From Escherichia coli (GTDB lineage Bacteria; Pseudomonadota; Gammaproteobacteria; Enterobacterales; Enterobacteriaceae), in NCBI RefSeq assembly GCF_003334305.1, contig NZ_QOWS01000064.1: 1,031 nucleotides of DNA; one strand, 5' to 3'. Made by a program: the position numbers and the translations under genes. Shown here one piece after another: positions 1 through 1,031 of this stretch (position 1 is the first letter of the stretch; each line of letters starts with the position of its first letter). The notes beneath the pieces are model-generated. The model made no database searches, was not told the DNA's origin, and saw only the letters and a program-made list of their open reading frames with translations.

Positions 1-1031
<1,031 letters not shown>

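Overview
The whole 1031-nt window is an internal fragment of one gene: tuf, encoding translation elongation factor EF-Tu, on the + strand in frame 1. Frame 1 is open end to end with no start or stop codon in the window. It translates to [98 protein letters not shown]...[13 protein letters not shown], which I recognise as Escherichia coli-type EF-Tu, about residues Ala45 to Val387 of the 393-residue mature protein. Coordinates come from my own codon-by-codon translation; the identification and residue numbering come from memory of the E. coli protein, not from a database search. The supplied ORF track misses this gene because it runs off both ends of the window; its only entry (692..880, +) is a spurious out-of-frame ORF inside tuf. 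I find no RNA gene, mobile element, CRISPR array, repeat, promoter or terminator. I also find no evidence of a novel or undescribed system: this is a highly conserved core housekeeping gene fragment. The findings below are low-interest notes on known functional sites that fall inside the window.
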